DNA of 64,000 bases from the human T2T-CHM13v2.0 reference genome, Homo sapiens. The notes under the pieces were generated by a model. It was not told where the DNA came from. It was given only the letters and a program-made list of their open reading frames with translations, and made no database searches. The translations under genes and the position numbers were made by a program. Positions 1 to 15,048 of this stretch are shown here, in pieces (position 1 is the stretch's first letter; the number at the start of each line of letters is the position of its first letter). The DNA is taken from the NCBI RefSeq assembly GCF_009914755.1, contig NC_060935.1; one strand, written 5' to 3'.

Positions 1-140
1 GTCCTCTTTTCTGCTTATCACTAGACACGGAAAATAAAAACTATGGCTTCAGGCTGCTAAAAGCCTAAAACAAAACAAAACAACAACAACAACAACAATG
101 ACGACAACAACAAAAAAATAAGGTGGGTTGGACAAGCTTG
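1..140. mobile_element. hAT-Charlie MITE end (MER30B-like) with (AAC)n run
   Basis: Ends in GGTTGGACAAGCTTG, typical of the MER30 family terminus; family assignment from memory. Confidence 0.55.
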
Positions 141-702
141 ATAGAGTTCAGACCTAGGCTCGCTCACCACCCTGAACCTGACCTTCACAATCTCCTTGCA
201 ATAGAAGCCCTCTAATTTTCTAAGCAGAGGTTTCCAAGACAGTCTCCCCATGAATTCCTGTTGGGAATATAACTTCTTTATTTAGTCATCTGCTTTAGGA
301 TTCATAAAGTGTTTTCCATCCATTATGTCATTTGATCCTTACACTGTCCTTAAGAGATAGATGTGCATGGACTATTCTTATTTACAAATGAGGAGACTAA
401 GAGTTCAATATAGGGGTGTCAAATAGGGTTAAATTCACAATTACTTCCTGAAACATTATATTAAGTATTCTGGGGTCAAGTCCAGGGGTTTAGCAAAAGC
501 TAGTACTGTGGCCAATTAGCAATGTCTTCCTCGGGCACAGAAAAGGAGGATAATGGCACACACTCTGGCAAGTTAAGGGACTCAGTTCTCTGATTCCCTG
601 CCCAGGGTCTTTTTCTCGCTGCATGTTCCTCACAGAAGGCTTGTGGGAGGAGGCACAGGTATGTAGATCAAGCTGAGGAAATGGCACAGAGTAAATGCTC
701 AG

Positions 703-1198
703 TGTGGTGGATTGAAAAATGGCCCTCCAAAATACCTCCATGTTTTTATCCTAGAATCTGAGCATTGCTTTATATGGCAAAAGAAAGGGGATAAGTCTTT
801 GCGGATGTGGTTAAATTAAGATTCTTGAGGTGGGGAGATGATTCTGGATTATCCAAGTGGGCCCTAAACACAATCACATGTATACATAGAAGAAGGAGGC
901 AGAGAGGGATTTCACACACAGAGAAGCTGATTTGATTTGAAGATGGAGCAGAGAGATTTGGAGATGCATCCATAAGCTAAGGAATACTGACAGCCACTAA
1001 CTAAAAGTAGGAAAAGACAAGGAACAGAGTTACCCCAGAACTTTTGGCGGGTGCACAACCCTGCTGACACCTTAATCTTGGCCCAGTGCTACTGATATCT
1101 GACTTCTAGATGCCAGAGCTGTGAGGGAATATATTTCTGTTGTTTTAAGTCACCAACTTTGTGGTTATTTGTTATAGCAGCCACGAGAAACTAATACA
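703..1198 (+). mobile_element. MaLR solo LTR (MLT1D-like)
   Basis: TG...AACTAATACA termini; GGATTATCCAAGTGGGCCC motif; perfect 5-bp TSD CTCAG. Confidence 0.85.
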
Positions 1199-1274
1199 CT
1201 CAGTAAATATTAATTTTCCCTCCTTTCACAATCTTTCTGAGTTCCGTAAAACACACACTCATACACAAACATGT

Positions 1275-1675
1275 TGTATTAAGCCGTTCTTGCATTGCTA
1301 CAAAGAAATACCTAAGACTGGGTAATTTACAAAGAAAAGGGGTTTAATTGGCTTATAGTTCTGCAGGCTGTATAGGAAGCTGGCATCTGCCTGGCTTCTA
1401 GTGAGACCTCAGGAAGCTTACAGTCATGACATAGGGCAAGGGGGAGCAGGCATATTGCACAGCAAAAACAGGAGCAAGCAAGAGAGTGGGGCGGGGTGCA
1501 TACACTTATAAATAACCAGATCTTGCGAAAACTCACTCAACACCAAGAAGACAGCATTAAACCATGAAGAATCTGCCCCCATGACCCAAACACCTTCCAT
1601 CAGGCCCCATCTCCAGCACTGGGGATTACAATTCAACATGAGATTTGGGTGGGGACAAATATCTAAACTCTATCA
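1275..1675 (-). mobile_element. MaLR solo LTR (MST family)
   Basis: TGTATTAAGCCGTTCTTGCATTGCT...GGGGATTACAATTCAACATGAGATTTGG...TATCA; TSD CATGT/CACGT. Confidence 0.85.
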
Positions 1676-2734
1676 CACGTTATATAACAAATAATATGTA
1701 TTTCCATATATATTCCATTAATAATAGGAAAAACCTCTATGATGAGTTGAAATGTTTTAAGTAGAAACAAATGCTTACTAAGAATGTGCTTAGATGCTTG
1801 CTACATGAAGCTGTTTACTCTATGTGGGTACTAATTAAGAATCAATCTGTCTGCTCCATTTCCTACAAGTACAGTTATTTGTCCGATGCTTTCTTCAGTC
1901 CATTTTCAAGCCCACAGATAGAATAGCAGCATCATGAACAAATGTGAGCCTTTCATTCTAAGAGAAAGGCTTTGCCTCCACAACCTGGAGGAGGTTTTTT
2001 GTTTGTTCATTTGCTTGTTTTCATTTTGAAGGTGTCAGGGCTGCAGTTTTCTTCCTCTAGGAAGAAGCTGGTAAATAAGCAGAAGTTTAGTGTGCCATAA
2101 AATTAGTACACAGGCAGAACAGTCCAAGGCCGACAAACTGAAAGCAATAAATCATGTAATCTCAGCTCATTACCTATGGAGCCTGAGTTAGAAAAGAAAA
2201 TCCATTATGAAAATGACATTCTTAATAATGAAATCTTATTCATGGATGGATGGATGTTGGGGAAGCTGTGAAATGTGGCTTCGGAGAGGTTTGGAATGTT
2301 AATATCTGAGGATTCGGGAGATGGATGTTGTAGATAATCACAATGTAAATATTAGAATGTGAGTCACTGAGCCACTTGAAAAAAAATATTCTACATACAC
2401 GTTACTCAGTAGAAAACACCTGTTGCAAGAAGTCACAGAAGACATGGAGCTGTCAGAAAAAAAATCATCGTCAGAAGAGCTTCAGTGAAGATTTTTACCA
2501 GTCTAGACATGCTTGGTAGCTGGTAGTTCTTGGTGCTCTATTTGGACTGGAGGAGATTTTGAAATCTATTTAACCCAACTCTTCCCCACCCCCCATGCCA
2601 CTTCACAGATGAAGAGCCTGAGGCTCAGAGAACCTCAGTTCAGCAGTGTGTAATGAATTAGTGTGTGGTAGAAACTTTACTCCTGGGCCCATGCCTCTTC
2701 CCATTCACCATGTTGCCTCCTAGGACACCCCTCA

Positions 2735-2765
<31 letters not shown>

Positions 2766-2788
2766 CACACACACACACACACACACAC
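2735..2788. repeat. (CA)n microsatellite, interrupted
   Basis: Direct reading. Confidence 0.95.
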
Positions 2789-4245
2789 CTGCTCACCTTG
2801 TCAGAGCCAGTATGGGCCTTATCTCCAGCCTTCCTTGTGTACTTGCTGAATCAAGTTAATCTATAACAGGTGTTTATTGTGTGGAATTGAGAATCTAGCC
2901 ACTTTACACTTGGCTGGATAAGAAAAAAGTGCCATTTAGAATGTGTTTATCTGGTTTATTAGACTCTACCCATTACTCTTGGGAAACAAGATTCAAGTTG
3001 AATTGGGGCACCAGAACATCTGGAAATGAGAGGACTTCAACAGTCCTTTGGTTGAACCAAGTCTTTTCTGGTCTAATGTAACTTCAAATCACTCTTGTCT
3101 TTATATACAGAAACCCTAAAGGAACCTCACTTGAACTGAAGCATCACACACCTTCATTACTACCTCAACCTCAACATGATCAAACTCCTCAATCCTAAGT
3201 AAATGCAATATTATATCCAACACGTGGGTGGGTATCCTGTTTTTGAGACAGGGTGACTTATTTCAGTAGCTGCAAAGTCCTGAAAACAATGATGGCTACT
3301 GTTTCAGTGTGGTTCTGGCAAGTCCTGGGGTAAGTACAGCTGATGAAGTCCCTCAGGTGGGTACAGAGCAAGTGCTTAGCAAGGATCTCATGTAATCAAA
3401 TCAACAACTGGAGGGTCAGTATCTCAGCAAGTGGTCACCAGTGTCCTCCCTGCACTAGATGGTGGGCCTGGTGGTGATGCTTATAGTGGAGAGCCTCTAC
3501 CTTGCTGCAGCTCCAGACTCCCCAGTAAATGATCAAATGGTAGAGGAAGAATGAGCAGCATTAATGAATATTTATTTGTTGATTCATTCATTCAACCAAT
3601 CCTCCTGGGAATTCTCCTTTCTCCTGGCTTTGTGTTTTTTTGTGGAGGCAGTTTGAAGTAACACTTCTCTCCACTCTCTACTTCCCCCTCCCCCTCTCCA
3701 CTCTCTACCTACCCCTCCCTCACCCCAAAAAGAGGAGAAAAGACTTATAAGAGAGTTTGGAAGACAAGCTTTCATACTCAAATGAGCCTGCTGTTTTTAC
3801 CTCTGAGATCTGCCTACCTTTTGCTCCATTCCACGCACTCGGACACTCAGATGCTTACAGTGGTCCAAGACTGCCAGAAATTGTGATTGGGTAAGTCTCT
3901 AATTAAGGGGGTGAAGTATCAGAAGCCTATTGGCTAAAAGACCTAAGACCCTTCCCTGATATCAGTTTTCATCACTAATGAAGCTGGTATTTTTATCTCT
4001 TTGTGTCTGACTTTTGTGTGTGTGTATCCTAATGGGTTCTGAACTTGGATGGAGAAAAGAAGGTATTATTTATTGACCCCCACAACTCTGAAAACAATGA
4101 AGCATATACTTCATGTATGAACTGTGCAAGAACAAACATCAGATTGAGTAGGACAGGATCCCATATTTCCATCTCTCACTGGGGGACAAAGAAAAATAGG
4201 GTGACCATCTCGCTTTGGTTTTATCATTGAAAGTCTGGTGTCCCA

Positions 4246-4561
4246 GCCAGGTGTAGCAGCTCACGCCTGTAATCCTAGCACTCTGGGAAGTTGAGAGGAG
4301 TGGATTGTCTGAGCCCAGGAGTTTGACACCAGCCTGGCCAACATGGAGAAACCCCATCTCTACTAAAAATACAAAAAATTAGCTAAGCATGGTGGCGTGT
4401 GCCTATAATTCCAGCTACTCGGGAGGCTGAGGCACGAGAATTGCTTGAATCCAGGAGGTGGAGATTGTGCCACTGCACTCCAGCCTGGATGCCAGAGTGA
4501 GACTCTGTCTCGAACAAACAAACAAACAAGAACAACAACCAAAAAAAAAAAAAAAAAAAAA
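4246..4561 (+). mobile_element. Alu (old J/S type) inserted in a short TIR DNA element (4197-4626, hAT-Blackjack-like)
   Basis: Alu dimer and poly(A); TSD GAAAGT(C/T)TGGTGTCCCA; host termini TAGGGTGACCA...TGGCCACCTA. Confidence 0.85.
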
Positions 4562-5289
4562 TCAAGAAAGTTTGGTGTCCCAGGATACCCCTCAGTTTCA
4601 GGAAAACTGTGATAGTTGGCCACCTACAAGGTAAAGAGTTCATTACAGAAAAATGCAATAATGTAATAAAGGAGCATGCAGAACCCTAAAGGGGGAACAA
4701 AGAAGGAAGTCATGACTTCTTGGAGAGATCAGGGAAGCTTCCAGAGGAAGTGCTATTTGCCAGGGCAGGATGTGGGGGTGTAAGTGGGAGAACTGGATCG
4801 AGTAGAACTAGTTACTACCCTGGCTAGCTCTCTGGTATACCCAGGAGGTAAAGTTCAAAGAAGGTGGCCACTTTTTTTTAAGGTCACATGATGAGTTAGC
4901 CAACCTGGAAACGAAATCCACAGTGCTAATTCCTTAAGCCAAGCCCTGTAACTCTCAAGTTTTCTAATTAAAGAAATTCCTTCTAATTTGTCAGTGGATG
5001 ATGAAGAAATCATACTTTATTCCTGTTATTCCTTCCAGGAGTATCTCTGACCCCCTGGAATTAAAATACCATAGCCTTGAAAAAACAGAAAAAAGAAATT
5101 CCCGATAGTCAAAGTATGTGTATAACCTGCCCAGGGACTGACTGGTACAGATGCATGAAGCTCACCTCCTTTGCCTCAAGAAATGGCAAACTCTATGGTG
5201 CAGTTTACAATCCAGAGCTTCCAGTGGCATCAGACTGAGAGGATTTGGCCTGAAATCACATCCCTTTTTTTTGGTTTTTCCCCCTTCCC

Positions 5290-5692
5290 TGTATTAGTCA
5301 TGATTCTACAGAAAAACAGAACCAACAGGAAAGATAACAGATTTATTTTCAGAAATTTGTTCATGCAATTGTCAGGACTGGCAAGTCTGAAAGCCATAGG
5401 GTAAGTCAGTGGGCTGGAGGCTGAATGTTCGGGTAAGAGTTGATGTTGCAGTCTTGAATATGAATGCTGGAATTTCTATGGTGCCCTCTGAAGGCAGAAT
5501 TCATTTTTCTCTGGGAAACCTCAGCCTTTGCTGTTAAGGCGGTTGGCTGATTGGATGAGGCCCATCCACACCATATAAAGTAATCTGCTTCACTTTAAGT
5601 CGACTGGTTTTAAACATTGACTAAGTCTCAACTAGTGTTTGACCAGGCAGCTGGTCACCATAATGTAGCCAAAGTGACATAAAATTAACCAT
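5290..5692 (-). mobile_element. ERVL LTR (MLT2-like)
   Basis: TGTATTAGTCA...GATTGGATGAGGCCCA...GACATAAAATTAACCATC motifs. Confidence 0.75.
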
Positions 5693-5959
5693 CCCATTTC
5701 CTCACTTCCTAGCAGGTGTTCCTGAGAGCACTTCCTTAATAAGGCGTTTGCATAATAATCCTCATCTGGTGCTCAGCTTCTAGGGAGTCTGCACTGAGAC
5801 AAATGGTGCTTGGTATCCTTGTTTGTACCTTGCTTGCCTATAGGCTTGCTTTTGTATTATCTCTCATTCTCTCCAGAAGCAAGCCATTGGGGAGTGGATT
5901 TTTGTCTGTCTTGCTTACTACTATTCCTCCAGTCCCTAGAATGAGACCTAGCACATTGC

Positions 5960-6590
5960 ACACGGGCTGTCTTTTGCCTGATTGCTCTCAAATTTCATTT
6001 CCACTGCTTTGTTCTGCTATGGGTTTTAAGGAGGCTTGGACACTGGAATTACATTCCCTGGATTCTCTTGCCAATCGGCTTTCAGATAGAAAGCCAGTGA
6101 GGCCTTCTATAAGCCTAATAAGGCACTGGTGGGAAATTGGAAGACAAGAGGAAGAGAGAAGAGGCTCTTTTCCTGCTTCAGACTTCTGTTAGCAACCTTC
6201 CAACAGGCACGGAGAACAACGGGTGTTTTGGGCACTTCTAGCACCCACTAATGGAGCTACTTCCTCAGAGCCTAAGCAGCTCTCCAATCAGCGTGCACAG
6301 TGCCCACCATGGTCTTGGCACCAGCCACCTGTGGTCAAAGCACCAGCCCAGGCCTCCCCATCTCCTGGGTTCTAGATCTGGTAACAACACCTCTACTCTT
6401 TTGTTCCCACAACCTTAGGAATGGAAGCTTCTTTTGGCAGTTACTAAGCTCTGAGTCCATTTAAAATCGCTCTTTGCTCTCTCAACCCTTCCAACACTGT
6501 GTAAGCACTTTCTTATGTTAAATTCCCTCATTTAAAATATCTAGAGAGATATGTGTTCTCATGACTGGACCCTGTGAACCCTGGCTGATA
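5960..6590 (+). mobile_element. Old ERVL LTR (LTR33-like)
   Basis: 3' motif ATGTTAAATTCCCTC...TGACTGGACCCTG...CTGATA; boundaries approximate. Confidence 0.5.
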
Positions 6591-7726
6591 TTTAGGCTCT
6601 CAATAAATACTTGTTGAATACGCAGAATTTAGCCCCAAGTTTATATTCTTAGAATTCATAGTTCAAAAGAAAGAAACTTGGCTTTTACAGCATCAATAGA
6701 TCAAATTATATGAAAGTACTCTTATTGGCCCTGTTTTGGGCACATGCTCCCCCCCACCTCACCCCGACAATCCCCCTGGGCAAAATGATGGTGTACCTTG
6801 ATTGGTCAGGCCTGGCTCAGGGACTCAGCCCTATGGCTCATAGCAGGCAGGATACTGAAATTGACAATCCCACCTAAACCACTTAGGGTAAGGGAGAGGC
6901 ACTTCCCCAGTGGAAGATGGGCAGACAAAAAAGAAATTTTCCTACCACAATGAACTTATAGTCTTGGGGGATATGATTTAAAAATTGTCCTAATATAATG
7001 TGGTAAAGCACCAGGTGTTCTGGGAGCAGGGGGGAGCATTTATTCTACAAAGTCCTTTCATATACATGAAACAATTTGTTCCTCACAATGCCAACCACTA
7101 TGAAGTTGGCATCCTCATCCTCACTATATAGAATCTTTGGCCTCCTATGATCTGTCTCTTCTCTTTTTGACTTCAAGTCCCTCTTTGTCAAGCTCCCTTA
7201 GCCAGGCCACCCCACCCTCAGCTTTCTTTTCATTCCCAGATATCTCAACCTCATTCCTTTTTTTAATGTAGAATTCTTCTGACTTGATGGCAAATAAGTT
7301 GTCCTTGGTCCCATAACAATATTGGCACCTATCACTATACAAAACACCCACCCTAAGGCAAACACCATACCATATGCTTTACACACATTCTCTCATTTAG
7401 TCTTCTTAACAGCCTTACAAAATAGTAGTAGAATTGCAGAAAGATTGTGTGACTTAGCCAAGGCTACTTGGCAAGAGCTGGGATATAAAGCTAGCTCTGT
7501 CTGGCTCCCACAACAGCAGCATCTCCTCCACTTGGTTTCCACACCAACTGAGGGATGGTTGAAAGAGCTGGGGATGTTTAATCAGGGGGACAACACACTT
7601 AGGGGTACCATTATCCATTCAAGTATCTAATGGGCGGTGAAGTAGAAGAGAGAATTCACTGGAATTTTTGTGGCGCCATAACCAAGGAAAAAGGACCGAT
7701 TATAAACATAAAAGTGAGGGATAGTT

Positions 7727-8099
<373 letters not shown>

Positions 8100-8314
8100 T
8101 CAAGGAGATAGTGCCAACAGCTTTTAAGGGATGTGGGAGAGTGAGAGAACTCTGACTCAGGGAGCATATTGGGTAGAGGATTTCTAAAGATCCTACAACT
8201 ATGAAATTACTCCTTGTTTTCTGCTAACCCCATTTCCTCAAGTTAGAATCCTTGCAAGTCTGACTCAAGATTCTGGATCAATTCCAGAGGGTAAACTGTT
8301 TTGTTTTTAAGTTA

Positions 8315-8603
<289 letters not shown>

Positions 8604-11600
8604 AGTTAAGCCAAAAGACACGTTCGTTGGAAACAAAACAAAACACGTTGATAATATGAACATACCATAGGGACACGTTGTACATTTTTATGCGTCTTTA
8701 AGCATTTTAATCTGTCTCAGACTTTTCCAGAGTTTTTAGTTTCATGTTTATCATTTTAAAAATACTCCATTTTTATCCAATTAAGATGACTGTGCTTGTT
8801 TGAAAATAGTTTTACTGATTTTAATATTCCGCCTCAGACTCTAAGAGAATTACAACAGGAGCTGAGCTTGTGTTCGGCACGTGGGATCAAGCCCTAACAG
8901 CACCACTTTGTTTGCCGTATGTGGCCTTGCCCTGCATGCAGCTCTGAGGCTGAGCTCTTAACATGAAATGGGAAATAGAGCCCTTCCTCCTTCCTCCGAG
9001 GTTGTCCTGGGAGAGCTTGGCTGGTGGGAGTGCTGCATGAAAGAAAGGACCCGGCTGGGGCATGAGGTGAAGGGCTGACAAATGGGCGGAGTGCCCACAC
9101 TCTGAGAGGCATCTTGGAGGCATTTCCTTCTGTCTCCCTTTACCTCGCCCATGGGTCTATCACCCCAGGCTTTGTGCTAAGGGGAAGATGTGGGACTGTT
9201 TCTCTCGTCCTGAGGCAGGAGTCCAACTGTCCAACAGGACAATCTGCTATAAGTGTCCATAGATGTTTGGAATTGGGATCAAACTAACTTGGCCTTGGAG
9301 CTGAGGACTCATTTCTTTCTCATCTGTGGCATACGTGGAGCTACTGTTTCCCAAGCTCCATTTTGCAGGTGAGGAAACCAAGACCCAGAGAGGTTCCCTG
9401 TCTTGCCAGAGGTCAGGCAGCTGGTCACGCTGTGTAAAGACTTGAAAGCTGGGCCTCCTGATGCCCAGCCCGGTGCTCCTTTCACTGCTTGCACAGTTCT
9501 TCCTCCATGTGCAACTTCCCGTCAGGCTGGTAGAGGAAGAAGCTGAGCCAAGGAAGGGTGGGATCTTGCCATAGGCCTTCTGTGGGTCTGTAATGTGGCC
9601 CAGCTGTGATCACAGCTGGAGGCCTGGCCTCTAGTGCCCTGGATCCAGGTCCCTAGTGACACTGTGTCTTGAACCTCCTTTCTAATTTGCCCCATCCTGG
9701 GGACATGCCAGCCTGAGAGCTCTTCCTGTTGGGGTCAGGTGTGGCCCCCACAGCCTTAAGACACTTGAGTTTCTGATACGGCTGGTGTCAGCGCCTGTGC
9801 CATGAGCACCACCGTTGCTCCTCCAGCTTCCCACAGAAAGGGTAACTGGTGGGCCATCTTTCTCCTGAACCAACTCTGAGTGGGGGCAGGACGTGTGAAA
9901 TTTGAAAATGAGTCATATGACTAACTGAAATTAGGAGGCACCATGCCCCGATTAACCTCAAATTTAGTGCTTCCTTCCCCGTTCCTACCCAACCATGTCC
10001 TAATAATGAGTTTCCTGACAATTTTTATCCCTCACTCAACAAGTATTTATAAAATACCTACCTGTGTATGTTCTGTACTAGGCTCTGGGGATGCAACGAT
10101 GAACAGAAAGAACCCTTAACTCACAGACAAGCTGGAGGCAGAGGCAGAGGCAGAGGAGTAAACAGGCAGTTACAATATAGCAAGACAAGCACCATGCCAG
10201 AATGCTGAGGGGCTGTAGAGGATATCAGTCACCACAGTCCCGGGGATAATGGGACGTTTTGTACAAGGGGTAACATCCGATTCTTCTCCTCCTCCTCTTC
10301 CTGCAGAATTCCAATCTATCATTTTATTCAGTGTTCTGCCTCTCCTGCCATCATGCCTATTGCCCTTGCTTGCAACAATCCACATGTCCAGAAATCAGAT
10401 ACATTAGCAACTCAGTAGCCTTGGGAATGATCCCAGCGCCTTCAGCTTGGGAAATCCTGATTTTGCCATGTTTCACCATCTATGCAAAGCACAATGCAGA
10501 ATTATTTTATATAGAAACTGAGATGAAAGGTAACCATTTGGCCTCAGATGGTGCCACCTTCTGTATCTTGAACAACTTGCAACACAGCTGGCCAGCTTGG
10601 CCCATTACCAGGGACACCACTCTATCACTATAATTAGAGCAGCAGTCAACAAGAGATTAAACCAGCGCTTGTTCTTCCATGAAAGCAGAGCTGAGGGGAA
10701 TGCAGCTTTTCTCATGAGCACAAGTAATTTAGTGTGTAGGGCAGGCTGGTGATGGAAGGAGAACAATTACTTGTTTAATGTCACCTGTTGAAACTAGAAA
10801 TGAATTTTGGCGAGTGGATCCTTGGTCATTGTATTTCCTGTAAAGTCATGAATATTCCGGAGCTAGGCTCTGGATTAAATTGGTCATGAGGATCAATGTT
10901 AAGGCCAAGTCTTCCCTAAGATTTCAGTTTTTCTCAGCCGCCTTTATAACAGCCAACATTTGTAGAGCACTTACTGTACTGCATATCATATACATTTTTT
11001 TTTTTTTTGTTTAACACTTTTATTGAATCCTCTATGAAGTGGGTACTATTACTATTCCCATTTTATAGATGAGAACATGAAAGCTCAAAGTGGTACAGTC
11101 TCTTCCTGGGAAGATGCAGAAAATGAGCCTCTAAAACCTATGACCCACCTTGATTTCCCCAAGTGGGCATATTTGAAAATATCTTTGAAAAAGTAGCTGT
11201 ATGAAGTTTTGAAAGGCCCTGAACCTGTGGCTAGTTCCTGGGCTCTGAACTTAATTTTTGTCAGTGGTGATATTGACAAGGAAACATCGCTGCCCTTGTC
11301 ATTGAATGTTTTTGGCCTCAGCTCTTCAGTATTCTCTAGCCTGATATTGTCAGCCAATTGCTTAAACTTCCTGAGCCATGTCTACAAAGTGGGATGCTAA
11401 TCCCTGTTCTGACTACTTCACAAGGCTGTTACAAATCTCAATCTCAGCGGAAGCAAAAGTGTTTTGCAAACTGTATAGAGACAGAAATGAGATTTTTAAA
11501 TGCAAGTCAACATTTTTGAGCACTTAGCTTGTGTTAGGAACTGTGCTAGGTGCTAGAAATGCAAATAAAAATGAATGACATATGTTTGTTTACTCATTCA

Positions 11601-13852
11601 ACAACTGAATATTGAGCAGCTCCCATGGGCCACATACCGTGCCATGCACTGGCAATGCATCTGTGTCTGAGACAGGCCCAGGTTCTGTGTTCACGGCTTA
11701 TGGTATGCAGAGAAGATAAATGTTCTCAACCTGAATGCAGCAAAGTAATAATGTTCCACAGGCGCTGTGATAGTAGCATTTCAAAGTGCTGTGGGGCACC
11801 TAACAGGGCATCCTAACCTGGTCTAGGAGTCCAGGAAGACCTTCCTTGGGAAGTAATACTTAAATGTCTGCTGTGAGCACAGAGACTATGGGGAGATGGG
11901 TATATAAACCAATAAATACAAACTATGATAGCAGGATATAGAAGGTGGAGAAGGGAGTCTTGCCACATCTGTATCAGAGTCAAGGTAGATTTATTACCCA
12001 ATTCTGAGTGTTGCTGTGACAATTTGGACATAGCCATAAAAAATTTCCATAGATGTTTAAATGTATCACTGCAAGAAGATGACTAAGACTCAAAATAGTA
12101 ACTACTGAAAGTAGTAGGAATACTTCCTGCTTCACCTTCTCCCTCTCTACACCTCCCTTGCATACACACACTGGCACACACAGACACACACACACCTCAC
12201 CATATAAATCTGGTTAATCTGGCAAGTAAAATATACAATGCACACCATGGGCTCCTAACCCAGATAATAATTGTGGTTCTTAAAATATGTCATGACTAGA
12301 TCTTGGTGATCTGTATATAAAATGAGTTTTTAACTTTTCATTGTTGAAGCTTTTTCATGAGTAGAAGACAAGAGATTGAGCAAGACTCGTAAGTAATCCC
12401 TGTCCATCTCCCAATCCCTAGCCTGGAGCATCTGTGAGTTGGGTTACAGTTAGAAAGCTGAGGCTGCCCAAGCGCTGGCAAGAGAGCCATACAGGGTCAG
12501 AAGAGTTGTCCTAGCCCTATATTCACTGCTACTTTGGAAAGTGCATTGTTCAAGTCATTTTCCCTCCCTGAGCCTCAGTTTCTCCATGGGTGAATGAAGT
12601 TGGGAAAGTCCTTTTGAGCTGGTGTTATGACTTTCTGAAGAGGACTCTCTACCCCACCTATCGCCCCAGGCTAAAGTGGGTTCCTGTATTATATTCTTGG
12701 CACTTTTCCTGTTTAGCATTTGCCATTGTCTCTATTTCTTTTTATCTATTTATTTATCTCTATCAGTATTTGCCTCCCTTGGACTGAATTCCAGAAGAGC
12801 AGAGGCTGTGGTGTCCACCACTTTACTCATATGTTTAGCCTGGACCTGGTGTATGTTCAGAGCTCAACAAACGTTCACTACCTAAAGTACAGCAAGCACT
12901 CACCCCCCCCAGCCCCTCTGGCTTGGTACCACAGAGCATCAGGATTTCCTACCTGGTGTTTGTGAGAAGCCCTCTGCTGACAGATGTGTGGGGTTTTTGG
13001 ACATTCCAAAGGGTCATTTTGTTGCAGCCATCAGAATGATTACAACCATAAGTCCCTGGTTCAAAAACCATTCCTGTCCTTTCCACAGGTATGGAAGAAG
13101 CGAGGCCAGAATCAAAAGTTTAGTCAGAACAAAGTCAGCTGATGCTCATATTGTGACAAGGAGGATTAGCAAACCTTAATATGGGACTTTTTAAATCCAA
13201 TAGTGGTTAAACTTTGTGAAATCAGCACATCTTAGAGTGATTTATGGAATTGAGCTGCCTTTAATGTCGTCTTATAAACCATTTTTTTTTCAACTGGGCT
13301 CATTTGTTTCTTCATTTATTTAAAAAACACGTCTTTTTAGCCTTTAGCATGTGCCAGACCTTGTGCAAAACATAATGCAGACAAATGGATGTCAACCGGC
13401 AGCCAAGTGGAGGCTGAGTGGAGGAAAGAGGTGGCCAAGTGGAGGAAAGAGGATCTACTTAAGAACTACAAGGCTGACTATAAAAAGTAAATATTTGTGA
13501 CCCCATTTGATTAAAGTCTGTCTCTTACTGCTAGACAGTAGAGTAAGTCCCAGGAAGCCACAAAACAGTTTTCTCTGTCTTTCTCAATACCGAATCCCCA
13601 ATGCTGAACAGTGCCTGGTCCATAGAAGGAACTCAATATATGTTTGTAGAATGAGAGAAATAGTGTCACCTAAAAGAGACTTAAAAGTGCTGGGGGGACT
13701 GGAAAGGTAAAGCTTAGTCTCAGCTGGGAAATGACATGATCAGAGCTGAGAGAACTGTAGAGTTACTGCTTCCAGCCTCTGTTCTCATCCCTATTTTACA
13801 AACAAATGAACTGTCATTAGAGAGCGAAAGTGATTTGCCCAGGGTCACACAG

Positions 13853-14237
13853 TGTAATGAGCTGAATTTTGTCCCCCTTAAATTCATATGTTGAAGTTGT
13901 AACCCCCAGTACCTCAGAATGTAACTTTATTTGGAAATAGAGTCTTTAAAGAGGTAATAGTGTTAAAATGGGTCATCAGGGTGGGCTCTTATCCAATATA
14001 ACTGGTATCTTTATAAAAAGAGGAAGTTAAGATATGGCTACACAAAGAAGGAGGCTATGTGAAGACACAGGGAGAAGATGGCCATCTACAAGCCAAGGAG
14101 AGAGGCCTCAGAAAAAACCAACCCTGTCAACACCTTCATCTCAGGCTTTTAGTCTCCAGAACTGTGGAACAAATTTCTTTTGTTTAGGCCACTCAGTCTG
14201 TGGTACTTTCTTATGGCGGTGCTACCAAACTAATACA
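13853..14237 (+). mobile_element. MaLR solo LTR (MLT1A/B-like) inserted in a MIR
   Basis: TG...AAACTAATACA; TSD CACAG; ACCTCAGAATGTAAC motif; MIR core upstream. Confidence 0.85.
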
Positions 14238-14652
14238 CACAGAAAGTGATGGCAAATCTTGAATTAGAAGTTGAGCCTGCTGAATCTCTATCGTTGGCCC
14301 TTGGCATGACAGTACCCATCTGGTACAGTCAATGCCCTCCCCAACACCCACTCCCAAGGATGACAATGGCAATGGTGAGAATAGTTAACATATACATTGT
14401 GCCTAGTATGTACCAGACCTTCCTCTAAGTACTTTACATACATTAGCTCACTTAATTCTCTTGACAGCACTGTGAAGTAAGTACTGTACTGTTATTATCT
14501 CATTTTTACAGATGAGGAAACCGAAGCACAAGTGACTTCGTAACTTGCCCAAGGGCATGCAGATACTAAGTGCTGGAGCTGGGCTCCAGGAGCCTGCTTC
14601 TTCTACCATCATACTATTCTAGTGGGCTATGTCTACCAGCAAAGGTATTTTC

Positions 14653-15048
14653 TTTTTTTTTTTTTTATTATACTTTAAGTTCTAGGGTACATGTGCACAA
14701 CGTGCAGGTTTGTTACATATGTATACATGTGCCATGTTGGTGCTGCACCCATTAACTCGTCATTTACATTAGGTATATCTCCTAATGCTATCCCTCCCCC
14801 AGCCCCCCACCCCACAACAGGCCCCAGTGTATGATGTCCCCCTTCCTGTGTCCAAGTGTTCTCATTGTTCAATTCCCACCTATGAGTGAGAACATGCGAT
14901 GTTTGGTTTTTTGTCCTTGCGATAGTTTGCTGAGAATGATGGTTTCCAGCTTCATCCATGTCCTTACAAAGGACATGAACTCATATTTTTTATGGCTGCA
15001 TAGTATTCCATGGTGTATATGTGCCACATTTTCTTAATCCAGTCTATC
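14653..15048 (-). mobile_element. 5'-truncated L1PA 3' end
   Basis: Poly(T) then reverse L1 3'UTR; perfect 17-bp TSD CCAGCAAAGGTATTTTC (14636-14652 / 15049-15065). Confidence 0.93.
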
